DNA from: an uncultured Chloroflexia bacterium | GTDB taxonomy: Bacteria; Chloroflexota; Limnocylindria; Limnocylindrales; CSP1-4 | Length of the DNA: 64,000 nucleotides | Assembly (NCBI GenBank): GCA_963749705.1 | Contig: CAVVNQ010000010.1 | Location: forward strand, 95,359-159,358 | Reading direction: 5' to 3' | Shown: positions 52,209 to 61,395 of the stretch, one piece after another | Numbering within the stretch: the stretch's first letter is position 1 | How the letters are laid out: every line of letters begins with the position of its first letter | Position numbers and translations under genes: made by a program | The notes under the pieces: model-generated | The model's database searches: none | Seen by the model: the letters and a program-made list of their open reading frames with translations, nothing else | What the model was told of the DNA's origin: nothing

Positions 52209-53567
52209 GTGACCATGTTCTGGGATGGAACCCGCTGGATCTCGGATGGCGGCGATCCCGTCAAGCTCGCCCGTGGCCCCGAGGGACGGCGCCTTCGCGA
52301 TTGGTTTTCAACGGGCGTCATGTTGGTCGTTCTGGCGAGCCTGATCGTTCCGTTCGTCGGAGTCACCGCCTCGAACAACGGCCGGAAGCCATCGGCGACG
52401 GAGTCAGCATTGTCAGGCGCCGCCTTCGGGCATTCGAACGGCAACGGTAGAGGGCACGCCGTTGCGCCGAGCGCTACTCCGGCCGCCGAGGTCATTGCGC
52501 CCACCCCGACGCCTGCCGACGCCCCGACCCTGACGCCCACCCTCGCACCTACCACCGCCCCGACCCTGACGCCCACCCTGGCGCCCACGACCGCCCCGAC
52601 GCTTGCCCCCACCACTGCCCCCACCACTGCCCCCACCCCGAGGCCCACCACTGCCCCCACGCCGAAGCCCACGACCGCCCCGACGCCGAAGCCCACGACC
52701 GCCCCGACGGCGACACCCGACAGTCCCAGCGGGTCGGTCAAGGTAGCCTCGATCAAGGCGCTGCTCACGGCGCTGGCGGACAACACGGTCACCGAGATCG
52801 TGGTGGCGAATGGGACGTACGTCGTTCCCGACGCTGCGAGCCACCAGGGCACTGGCCTCTGGATCGACCAGCGCTTCGCCGGGCGCACCAACCCTGTCCT
52901 CGTCCGCTCCGAGACCATCGGCGGGGTGACGTTCTCGGGCGGCGGAGCCACGGGGTGGTCTGCCCTCGACTTCCGCGACGGCGTCCACGACCAAACGTGG
53001 CAGGGCTTCCGGTTCGCCAATGGCGAACCGACCCAGACCGGCGTCATCGTGTTCGGCCAGAACGGATCGGTCGTCCCGGTCGCGCCGTACCACATCACCC
53101 TTCGCGACATCACGTTCGAGGAGTCGGTCACCTCCGACAACCCATATGGCATGTCAGGGGATCACGCGATCTACTTCAGCGCGGCGAAGACACCCGGCGC
53201 GCACGACATCCTCATCGACGGCCTCACCGTCAACGCCTCCTCGAGCGGGCTGGACTCGGCGCTCCACTTCTATACGCAGCAGCTCGCCGGGGCTCCGGGG
53301 GTCTACAACGTGACGGTGCGCAACATGCACGTCACCGGCACGGATCAGGCCGTCATCCTGTGGGACCCCACCCTGCGGAACATCACCATTGACGGCGCGA
53401 CGATCACCGGAGCCAAGCAGTTCGCGGTCCGGTACGAGGGCGCGGCGTCGGGCTCGGTCCTGTTGCTCAAGAACGTCGTCTCGACTGCTTCGGCGAGCCG
53501 CGGCTTCTATAGCACCCTTGGGGCGAGCCCCGCCGCGGTCACGTTCATCGGCGACTCGCTCCACTGA
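52209..53567 (+). CDS. Membrane-anchored/secreted Pro-Thr-repeat protein with a probable right-handed beta-helix domain
   Basis: N-terminal FWDGTRW, a TM segment, PT(L/T)APT repeats, then beta-helix-like repeats (HDILIDGL, YNVTVRNM, RNITIDGA). Confidence 0.75.
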   Translation: MTMFWDGTRWISDGGDPVKLARGPEGRRLRDWFSTGVMLVVLASLIVPFVGVTASNNGRKPSATESALSGAAFGHSNGNGRGHAVAPSATPAAEVIAPTPTPADAPTLTPTLAPTTAPTLTPTLAPTTAPTLAPTTAPTTAPTPRPTTAPTPKPTTAPTPKPTTAPTATPDSPSGSVKVASIKALLTALADNTVTEIVVANGTYVVPDAASHQGTGLWIDQRFAGRTNPVLVRSETIGGVTFSGGGATGWSALDFRDGVHDQTWQGFRFANGEPTQTGVIVFGQNGSVVPVAPYHITLRDITFEESVTSDNPYGMSGDHAIYFSAAKTPGAHDILIDGLTVNASSSGLDSALHFYTQQLAGAPGVYNVTVRNMHVTGTDQAVILWDPTLRNITIDGATITGAKQFAVRYEGAASGSVLLLKNVVSTASASRGFYSTLGASPAAVTFIGDSLH

Positions 53568-53625
53568 CCCTCGGCCCGTCGGCACCGCGCCTGGCGATCA
53601 CTCCGCCGTCGGGGAGCGCTTTCCG

Positions 53626-53662
53626 GACGGCCGGCCCCGGAGACGGAGCCGGCCGTTCTTTG
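53626..53662. terminator. Hairpin terminator between convergent genes
   Basis: GACGGCCGGC...GCCGGCCGTT followed by CTTTG. Confidence 0.6.
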
Positions 53663-53695
53663 CTGCGGCCCGCACGACTGTGCGTGGCGCCGCGA

Positions 53696-54799
53696 TCAAG
53701 CCGACTTGCGGCGCGCGTCACGCTCATACGCATGGATGTCGGCGAGGCAGGCGCCTTGGGAGGCACTTCGATCCGCGGCATACGAGCGGTACCACGCTGC
53801 AGTTCGGGCAATGGCGACATCGACCGGCCAGACCGGTACCGCGCCGAGATCGCGTCGTGCGGCGCCCGACGACAGCCGAAGCACCATCGACTCGGCGGGT
53901 CCGGGATCGTCGTCCGGCTGCGCCCAAGTCCCGCGACCCCAGCCCGCGATGAGCCCCTCGACCACATGCCGCACATCGACTGATCCGACGCGTCCCGGGC
54001 CGAAGTTCCACGCGCGGCAGGCGGGTGCCGGGTCCGGCCCCATCAGGCGAGCTGCCAGCCGCAGGTAGCCGGCCAGGGGTTCGAGAACATGCTGCCACGG
54101 CCGGATGGCCTCCGGGTGGCGAATGCTGATGGGCTGGTCTGCCAAGAGCGCCCGAAAGGCGTCCGCAACCAGGCCATGCGGCGTCCAGTCCCCGCCGCCG
54201 ATCACATTGCCGGCGCGGGCCGAGGCGAGGGCGACACCGTGAGAGTGGATCGATCCCGGCGGGAAGAAGGACGATCGGTATGCGTCGACGACAAGCTCGG
54301 CTGCGGCCTTGCTCGCGCTGTACGGATCGTGTCCGCCGAGCGGGTCGCCTTCGCGGAACGGCCGCCCCGCCTCGTCATTCGCGTACACCTTGTCCGTGGC
54401 CACGGCGACGATCACGACGGGCCGTCCGACGGCACGGACGGCCTCGAGCAGGCCGACGGTGCCCATGACGTTGGTGGAGAACGCTTCCACCGGATTGGCA
54501 TACCCCTCGAGCACCACGGTCCGGGCGGCGAGGTGCAGGATCGCGTCCGGCCGGAACGAAGCGACGAGCTCGGTCAGGCGCGGCAGGTCACGCAGATCGC
54601 CGATGTGGTGCTCCGCGACGACAGAGGCCACGTGCGACGCCTCGAAGTTGCTCGGGTGAGTCGGTGGCTCCAGCGCGTACCCTGCAACCGTGGCCCCCAT
54701 GCGGGCAAGCCACAGGCTGAGCCAGGATCCCTTGAAGCCGGTGTGTCCCGTGACCAGTACGCGGCGACCAGCGAAGGCGTCGGTGAAGAACGGCTGCAT
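53696..54799 (-). CDS. rfbG: CDP-glucose 4,6-dehydratase
   Basis: TGHTGFKGSWL, TDKVY, DPYSASK, RAGNVIGGGDW and RPWQHVLEPL motifs. Confidence 0.93.
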   Translation of the reverse strand: MQPFFTDAFAGRRVLVTGHTGFKGSWLSLWLARMGATVAGYALEPPTHPSNFEASHVASVVAEHHIGDLRDLPRLTELVASFRPDAILHLAARTVVLEGYANPVEAFSTNVMGTVGLLEAVRAVGRPVVIVAVATDKVYANDEAGRPFREGDPLGGHDPYSASKAAAELVVDAYRSSFFPPGSIHSHGVALASARAGNVIGGGDWTPHGLVADAFRALLADQPISIRHPEAIRPWQHVLEPLAGYLRLAARLMGPDPAPACRAWNFGPGRVGSVDVRHVVEGLIAGWGRGTWAQPDDDPGPAESMVLRLSSGAARRDLGAVPVWPVDVAIARTAAWYRSYAADRSASQGACLADIHAYERDARRKSA

Positions 54800-54855
54800 G
54801 CCGCTATTCTGCGACCTAGGCGAAGCCACCCGCTCGCCGTGGGCAGGAGTTGCAC

Positions 54856-56157
54856 GTGACGGCCTCGATCCCGGAGACACGATCGGCGAGGCCGTGCCGA
54901 GCCTGCGGGATCCCGCTCGGGTCGCCCGCCCTTGACCTCGGACCGCAGCCGCTCCTCGATGACCCGGTCGCGCCGCGCGTCGCCTCATCGATTCCGCTCG
55001 TGCCGGTCCGGATCGTCTTGTGCCGCTCCTGCGGCCTCGCCCAACTTGACGCCGTCCCGCGGCCGGCCATCTCGGATCCGGTCGTGGTGGCCACCCTCGC
55101 CGCGAGCCGACACGGTCATGGTCGTCGGCGACCAGGCGCCAGCACCGCCCACCTCGTCGCGTGGGCGGATCAGGTGATGGAGTTGACCCGTCTCCCGGCG
55201 GGGAGCCTCGTGGTCGATGTCGCGAGTGGGGACGGCGCGGCGCTCCAGCCGTATGCGGAGGCAGGCATGGCCGTCCTGGGCCACGAACAGCACGCCGACC
55301 TCGCGGGGGCAGCGAATGGCGATGGGCTCCGGACGATCGGCGACGCGTTGGGCAGCGCGGCCTCAACTGCCCGGATCGCGAGCGGCGGAGGCGCTGCGCT
55401 CGTGCTCGTAAACCATGCCTTGGCGCACGTGGACGACGTTGCGGCCATGGCGAGCCGGGTCCGCGACGCGCTCGCGCCTCGAGGCTGGGTGGCGATTGAG
55501 ACCCTCGACCTGGGCGCGATCCTGCGCCGTGGCCTGTTCGACGTGCTCGGCCACGCCCACCGGAGCTACTTCTCGTTGGCCTCGCTCGCATCGCTGCTCG
55601 CCGGACAGGGTTTGGCGATCGTGGCGGCGCAACGAGATCCAGTGCACGGCGGCACGCTTCGCGTCCTGGCCCGCGCGGGCGGGGACTTCAAGGTTGCGCA
55701 GCGATCCCTCGATCGATTGGTGGCGTCGGACGACCGGCATGGCGTGACCGATCCGGATGCCCTCGGACGACTTGGCGACCGCGCTGCGCAAGTCGGGGAG
55801 CGGATCCACGAGCACCTCGCGTCCGCGGCCCGGTCGGGCACCGTCGTCGTCGGCTATGGCGCCCCGGGTCGGGCCGTCTCGATCCTGAGCCTCGCGCGAG
55901 CCGACGCCGGCCTTCTCCCATTCACGGTGGACCGCGAAGCCGGCAAGCACGGGCTGGCGCTGCCAGGCTCGGGGGTTCCGGTGCACCCAGTTGCGGCGCT
56001 CGATGCGGCCCGGCCGCGAGAGGTGCTCGTGCTCGCGTGGACATGGGCGCGCGAGATTGCCGAGGAGCTCGCTCGCGTGGACGACTGGGGTTGCCGGCTG
56101 GTCACGCCCCTGCCGCGCCTGCGGACAATACCGCGGCCGAACCGGGCCGGGAGATGA
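54856..56157 (+). CDS. NDP-sugar C-methyltransferase family (divergent copy)
   Basis: CRACG...CRSCGLAQL Zn motif, DVASGDG, HGGTLR, GYGAPG and LAW. Confidence 0.75.
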   Translation: MTASIPETRSARPCRACGIPLGSPALDLGPQPLLDDPVAPRVASSIPLVPVRIVLCRSCGLAQLDAVPRPAISDPVVVATLAASRHGHGRRRPGASTAHLVAWADQVMELTRLPAGSLVVDVASGDGAALQPYAEAGMAVLGHEQHADLAGAANGDGLRTIGDALGSAASTARIASGGGAALVLVNHALAHVDDVAAMASRVRDALAPRGWVAIETLDLGAILRRGLFDVLGHAHRSYFSLASLASLLAGQGLAIVAAQRDPVHGGTLRVLARAGGDFKVAQRSLDRLVASDDRHGVTDPDALGRLGDRAAQVGERIHEHLASAARSGTVVVGYGAPGRAVSILSLARADAGLLPFTVDREAGKHGLALPGSGVPVHPVAALDAARPREVLVLAWTWAREIAEELARVDDWGCRLVTPLPRLRTIPRPNRAGR

Positions 56158-57110
56158 CGCGCCCGTTTCGCTTCCTCGCACCGATGCCCAGGCTTGCCGG
56201 GTCGATCGGCGCTTGGCGTGACGAGCTCCGGCAGATCGAAGACCTTGGGTTCGACGCGGTCACAGTGTCCGAGCATCTCACCGGCGGCTGGCAGCTCGAC
56301 GCCCTGGCCGCGATGGAGGCGATCGTCTCGGCGACATCGCGCCTCCGGGTGATGTCACTCGTCCTGGCCAGCGGGCTTCACAACCCGGTGCTCCTCCACC
56401 GCGCCGCGGCGACAATCGACCGCCTGAGCGACGGGCGGCTGGACCTCGGTCTCGGTGCGGGCTGGCGCCCGGAGGACTATGCCGCCGCGGGCCTGCCGTT
56501 CGAGTCCGCCAGCGTGCGGATCACCCGGCTCGAAGAGGCGGTGATGATCATCAAGGGCCTCTTCGAAGGACCATCCCTGTCCTTCACTGGCCGGCACTAT
56601 CGGATCGCAGCCGCCGAGGGACTGCCGCGGCCGGTCCAGGTGCCGCATCCGCCGATCCTGATCGGCGGCGGCGGCCCGCAGATCCTCGGGGTTGCCGCCC
56701 GCCACGCGGACATCATCGGGATCCATGCGCGCCTGCCGGCTGGCGAAGATCCAGGGGCAATCGCCCAGGACTTCGACGAGTCTGCCATCGCGGCCAAGGT
56801 TGCCATCGCCCGGTCGGCGTTGGAGGCCGCCGGTCGACCGGCCGCTTCCGTCGACTTCCAGTTCACGATCTACGCCTGTCATCTGATCGACGGCCCCGCG
56901 CCGTCGTCCGCGGAGCCGACGTCCTTCGGCCGGCGGCTGTTGGCCGATCCGGATCTCGCCTTGCGGTCGCCGGCGGTGCTCGTGGGGACCCTCGCAGCCG
57001 TTGTCGAACGACTGCACGCGATACGGGAGACGCACGGGTTCAACGTGATCAAGCTGTCCGGCGACCCGGTCGCCAATGCCGCGATTGTGCGCAACCTGGC
57101 GGGCGGCTAA
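56154..57110 (+). CDS. LLM-class (F420-type) oxidoreductase
   Basis: LGFDAVTVSEH, SDGRLDLGLGAGW and PPILIGGGG motifs. Confidence 0.85.
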   Translation: MTRPFRFLAPMPRLAGSIGAWRDELRQIEDLGFDAVTVSEHLTGGWQLDALAAMEAIVSATSRLRVMSLVLASGLHNPVLLHRAAATIDRLSDGRLDLGLGAGWRPEDYAAAGLPFESASVRITRLEEAVMIIKGLFEGPSLSFTGRHYRIAAAEGLPRPVQVPHPPILIGGGGPQILGVAARHADIIGIHARLPAGEDPGAIAQDFDESAIAAKVAIARSALEAAGRPAASVDFQFTIYACHLIDGPAPSSAEPTSFGRRLLADPDLALRSPAVLVGTLAAVVERLHAIRETHGFNVIKLSGDPVANAAIVRNLAGG

Positions 57111-58459
57111 CGAACGGCGAGCGATCCCGTCCCGAGACGCGCGAGGGCCGCCTCGGCTGCCTGCTCGCCGCTGACGAAGGACTCGTCGGTCCAGTGATGG
57201 CTCCACTCGCCGTAGCGGCCGCACGTGGCGATGCCGACCTTGCTCAGATGGCTGAGGACGGGTGCCAGCGCGGCGTCACGATCGTGGTCGTAGATGACGT
57301 TCGCGAAACGAGTCAGGTGCGCGTCCCGATGGAGGATGCGGTCGTCAGCGCGTAGCACGCCCATGCGAGTGAGGTCCGCGATCACCTGCGGGATGAAGTC
57401 TGCGGGCTGGCCGGCGAGCGGCTTGTACCGCTCAGAGACGTAGATCTCCGCCTGTACCGAGCTTGCCCCAGCGGGCACCGTGCCTGGTGCGAGCCGATAC
57501 GGGAAGTTGAGCCGCGCGAACACGATGTCCTCGTCGTAGACATAGGAGATGGGGGTGTCGGACAGGTGGTCGCGAGCCACACCCAGGTCCACGATCACGA
57601 CGCTGGAGAACGAGAGGCGCTGCGCGGCCCTCCGGACATCTTCCGGCGCGCTGGTCAGACGCTCCACGAGCACCGGCAGCGGCAGCGACGAGACGAGCGA
57701 CGAGTATGGCTGACGGCGTCCGTTCGCGAACGTCACCGTGCGGGCCACGGGGTCGACGGCCGTCACTTCGTGCCCGAGTCGCAGCTCGGTCATGCCTGCG
57801 AACGGCCGGAGGTAGCTGACGAAACCGCCTTCGAGCGGGTACCGGAACTCGGTGACGTAGTGGGTGCTCGGCCGCTCCACGCCCAACGCACCCTCGAGGA
57901 TCTCGGCGAGACTCGGCCGGTACATGCGGGGCCCGAGCCAGTTCGTGGTAAGGGTTGCCGGCGGCGTCGTGTGGTACTTGGTGCCGTAGACGATCGGGAA
58001 GGTCGTGGCGAAGGTCGGTCCGTACGAGGCGAGCAGCCACTCCTCGTAGTTCGCGATGTGGTCGGGCGCCGGCGGCAGCTCCACGAAGTCCATCAGCACC
58101 CGGACCGCCAGCTCGGGCGGCAGCTCGCGGAGGTGCATCTGGATGGGGTGTGTCAGCCACAGGCCCCTCCAGTAGCTGTTGATGTGCATCGGCTGGGTCC
58201 ACTCCGCGCCGTCGACGAACGAGGTCAGCAGCGCCCGCACCCGCTCGTTCTTGGTGAAGGAGACGTGGGGACCGTCGTCAAAGGTGAACCCGTCGGGATG
58301 CCGGACGCTCGCGGTGTGGCCGCCGTACGCCGCTGCGGCTTCGAATACGCGGAACGGGACGCCAGCGTCCCGGAGGCGCAAGGCGGCCCCCAATCCGGCC
58401 ATGCCCGCGCCGAGGACGACCACCGGGTCGCTATGGTCGGGCTGCTGGCGTTCGGGCAC
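57107..58459 (-). CDS. FAD-dependent oxidoreductase (protoporphyrinogen oxidase / UDP-galactopyranose mutase-like)
   Basis: LGAGMAG, FDDGPH, FRYP and CGRYGEW motifs; polysaccharide-locus context. Confidence 0.8.
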   Translation of the reverse strand: MPERQQPDHSDPVVVLGAGMAGLGAALRLRDAGVPFRVFEAAAAYGGHTASVRHPDGFTFDDGPHVSFTKNERVRALLTSFVDGAEWTQPMHINSYWRGLWLTHPIQMHLRELPPELAVRVLMDFVELPPAPDHIANYEEWLLASYGPTFATTFPIVYGTKYHTTPPATLTTNWLGPRMYRPSLAEILEGALGVERPSTHYVTEFRYPLEGGFVSYLRPFAGMTELRLGHEVTAVDPVARTVTFANGRRQPYSSLVSSLPLPVLVERLTSAPEDVRRAAQRLSFSSVVIVDLGVARDHLSDTPISYVYDEDIVFARLNFPYRLAPGTVPAGASSVQAEIYVSERYKPLAGQPADFIPQVIADLTRMGVLRADDRILHRDAHLTRFANVIYDHDRDAALAPVLSHLSKVGIATCGRYGEWSHHWTDESFVSGEQAAEAALARLGTGSLAVR

Positions 58460-58524
58460 GGCATGGTCCTCTATCGGGCATCAATCGATCGCCAGCGTCG
58501 CGTCGGCCTCGGCATTGTCTACTA

Positions 58525-58562
58525 TTAGGCCGCAGCGATGCCATTTAGGCCGCAGCGATGCC
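58525..58562. repeat. 18-bp direct repeat at 20-bp period in a divergent promoter region
   Basis: TTAGGCCGCAGCGATGCC at 58525-58542 and 58545-58562. Confidence 0.85.
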
Positions 58563-58613
58563 GTGCTGCGTATCAGCGGTGGGTGTGTGGCTGCCAGGAG
58601 AGGGAGACCGCCT

Positions 58614-59918
58614 TTGGCTCTGCGTCCGACGGACTCGGCTGCGCTGGCGGCGTCCCTGCCCGCAGGGCACGTCTGCCGATCCTGCGGTGAGCCGCTCCGG
58701 CTCACCATGGTCGACCTTGGCACTTCGCCATTGTGCGAGCGGTTTCTCCGGGCGGACCAGCTCGACGAAATGGAGCCGTTCTATCCACTCCGGGTCGAGG
58801 TCTGCGAGACGTGCTTTCTCGCGCAGGTCCCCACATACGTCGCGCCCGAGTCGATCTTCAGCGACTACGCCTACTTCTCCTCCTTCTCCGACTCCTGGCT
58901 CGCCCACGCTCGCCGCTACGCCGACGCGATGGTCGAGCGCCTCGGCTTGGGTCCTTCGAGTCTGGTCGCCGAAATCGGCAGCAACGACGGCTACCTGCTC
59001 GCCAACTTCACCCAGCGCGGGATCCCGGTGCTGGGAATCGAGCCGGCAGCCAATGTGGCGCGAGATGCCGAGGCGCGGGGCGTGAGGACGCTCGTTCGCT
59101 TCTTCGGCCGCCACCTCGCCGAGGAGCTCGTAGCCTCTGGGTTGCGCGCCGACCTGATCGCTGCCAACAACACGCTGGCCCAGATCCCTGACCTCAACGA
59201 CGCCGTCGCCGGACTGGCGATCCTGCTGGCCGATGACGGTCTCCTCACGATCGAGGTGCCTCACCTCCTGCGGCTCATGGAAGGGAACCAGTTCGACACG
59301 ATCTACCATGAGCACTTCTCGTACTTCTCGGTGCTCTCGTTGCGAGCCCTGTTCGAGCGCCACGGGCTGCGGATCGTCGACATCGAGCGCCTCTCAACCC
59401 ACGGCGGCTCGCTCCGTGTGCACGTCCAGCATGCGCTGGGACGGTCGGAAGGAGCTGCGGTGGCGGCAGCGATCGAAGAGGAGCTTCAGGCCGGCCTTGG
59501 CGACCCGCGTGGCTACCAGGCCTTCGGGGAAGGCGTGGAGCAGGTCCGACGGGACGTGCTGACGTTTCTCATCGAGCAGCGTGTGCAGGGCCGATCCGTC
59601 GCGGCGTACGGTGCGCCGGGCAAGGCGAACACGCTGCTGAACTACTGTGGGATCCGGCCCGATCTCCTGCCGTTCATCGTGGATCGCAACCCATACAAGC
59701 ACGGGCGATACACACCCGGCACGCGGATCCCCATCCACGCACCCGACACCCTGCTGGAGGCACGGCCAGACGTCGTCTGGATCCTGCCGTGGAATCTGCG
59801 GACGGAGATCATCGATCAGCTGGGCGACGCGGTCGCCGGCTGGGGCGGCAGCTTCATGGTGGCCATTCCGACGCTCGAGGTCATCCAACCGGGGCAGCCG
59901 AAGGGACACCGACCATGA
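58614..59918 (+). CDS. NDP-sugar C-methyltransferase
   Basis: CRSCG, CETCFLAQ, YAYFSS, EIGSNDG, DTIYHEH, HGGSLR, YGAPGK and LPWN motifs. Confidence 0.9.
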   Translation: MALRPTDSAALAASLPAGHVCRSCGEPLRLTMVDLGTSPLCERFLRADQLDEMEPFYPLRVEVCETCFLAQVPTYVAPESIFSDYAYFSSFSDSWLAHARRYADAMVERLGLGPSSLVAEIGSNDGYLLANFTQRGIPVLGIEPAANVARDAEARGVRTLVRFFGRHLAEELVASGLRADLIAANNTLAQIPDLNDAVAGLAILLADDGLLTIEVPHLLRLMEGNQFDTIYHEHFSYFSVLSLRALFERHGLRIVDIERLSTHGGSLRVHVQHALGRSEGAAVAAAIEEELQAGLGDPRGYQAFGEGVEQVRRDVLTFLIEQRVQGRSVAAYGAPGKANTLLNYCGIRPDLLPFIVDRNPYKHGRYTPGTRIPIHAPDTLLEARPDVVWILPWNLRTEIIDQLGDAVAGWGGSFMVAIPTLEVIQPGQPKGHRP

Positions 59919-60706
59919 AGGTAGTGATCTTCTGCGGCGGCCAGGGCATTCGGCTGCGGGAGTACGCCGAGAACATCCCCAAGCCGATGGTGCCGATCGG
60001 TCCCCGACCCGTGCTGTGGCACGTCATGCGCTACTACGCTCACTTCGGGCACCGCGACTTCATCCTGTGCCTCGGCTATCGGGCCGACGCCATCAAGGAG
60101 TACTTCCTCCGCTACAACGAGGCGTTGTCGAACGACTTCGTTCTCGCGGGTGGCGGTCGGGAGATCGAGCTGCTGTCGCAGGACATCGCTGACTGGCGGA
60201 TCACCTTCGCGGATACGGGGTTGCAGGCGACGATCGCCCAGCGCCTGGTCGCGGTCCGACACCATCTCGAGGGCGAGGAGATGTTCCTTGCGAACTATGG
60301 CGACGTGCTGACCGACGCTCCGATCAACGACCTCATCGCACGCTTCCGGGCCTCCGAGCACACCGCGGCCTTCCTGGCCGTCCGGCCGTCCTACACCTTC
60401 CATCTGGTCGAGATGGACGGCGACGACCGGGTGACCCGCCTGTCCAATGTCCAGCAGTCCAAGATCTGGATCAACGGCGGGCACTTCATGTTCCGCCAGG
60501 GCATCTTCGACGAGATCAAGTCCGACGAGGAGCTCGTGGAGGAACCATTTGGACGGCTGATCGCCCGCCGTCGCCTCGTCGCCTATCGCCACGAGGGGTT
60601 CTGGGCGCCGATGGACACGCTCAAGGAGGCCCAGCTCCTCCAGAGCCTGTACGAGTCTGGCACGGCGCCGTGGACTCGCTGGATCCGCGTGCCGGCGCAC
60701 GGCTGA
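59915..60706 (+). CDS. rfbF: Glucose-1-phosphate cytidylyltransferase
   Basis: CGGQGIRL, PKPMVPIG, NYGD and GFWAPMDT motifs. Confidence 0.9.
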   Translation: MKVVIFCGGQGIRLREYAENIPKPMVPIGPRPVLWHVMRYYAHFGHRDFILCLGYRADAIKEYFLRYNEALSNDFVLAGGGREIELLSQDIADWRITFADTGLQATIAQRLVAVRHHLEGEEMFLANYGDVLTDAPINDLIARFRASEHTAAFLAVRPSYTFHLVEMDGDDRVTRLSNVQQSKIWINGGHFMFRQGIFDEIKSDEELVEEPFGRLIARRRLVAYRHEGFWAPMDTLKEAQLLQSLYESGTAPWTRWIRVPAHG

Positions 60707-60716
60707 GACGATCGGC

Positions 60717-61358
60717 GTGCTTCATCTTCGGCTTCCGGAGCGCGGCCTGCGGGTGATGGTGGTCGGCGCCCATCCTGACGACATCGAGATCGGATGCGGT
60801 GGCACGCTCCTTCGGCTCGTCGCGGCCGGGGCGGTCGACGCGGTCACCTGGCTGGTCATGGCGGGAGAAGGCGCTCGGGTGGACGAGGCGCGAGCAGGCG
60901 CCACGGCGATCCTGGCGGGCGTTCCGGATGTTGCCGTCCGCATCGAGGGGTTCGAGGATGGGTTCCTGCCCGCCGCCTACCGCGAGGTCAAGGGCGTGAT
61001 TCGCGAGGTGGCCGCGCAACCGTACGACATGGTCCTCGCTCCGCGCCGCGATGACGCTCATCAGGATCACCGCCTGCTGGCCGAGCTCGTGGCAACCGAG
61101 TTCCGCGACCACCTCGTGCTCGGGTACGAGATCCCCAAGTTCGACGGCGATCTGGGGATGGCCAACCTCTACGCGCCGCTGACACGCGCCACGGTGGCGA
61201 GCAAGATCGACATCCTGATGCGGACCTTCTCGAGCCAGGCGGGCCGTCCATGGTTCACTCCGGACGTGTTCGAAGGCCTGATGCGCCTGCGCGGCGTCGA
61301 ATCACGGGCGCCCGAAGGGTTCGCCGAGGGATTCGTCGTCCACAAGGCCGTGATCTGA
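60717..61358 (+). CDS. PIG-L family deacetylase
   Basis: AHPDDIE and HQDH motifs. Confidence 0.9.
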   Translation: MLHLRLPERGLRVMVVGAHPDDIEIGCGGTLLRLVAAGAVDAVTWLVMAGEGARVDEARAGATAILAGVPDVAVRIEGFEDGFLPAAYREVKGVIREVAAQPYDMVLAPRRDDAHQDHRLLAELVATEFRDHLVLGYEIPKFDGDLGMANLYAPLTRATVASKIDILMRTFSSQAGRPWFTPDVFEGLMRLRGVESRAPEGFAEGFVVHKAVI

Positions 61359-61395
61359 CCTCGCCTCGCCCAGCCCGCAAGGTCCTGCGGATCCC

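Noticed and set aside
52500-52720. DNA repeat element
   Set aside because: These are in-frame Pro/Thr linker repeats of the surface protein.
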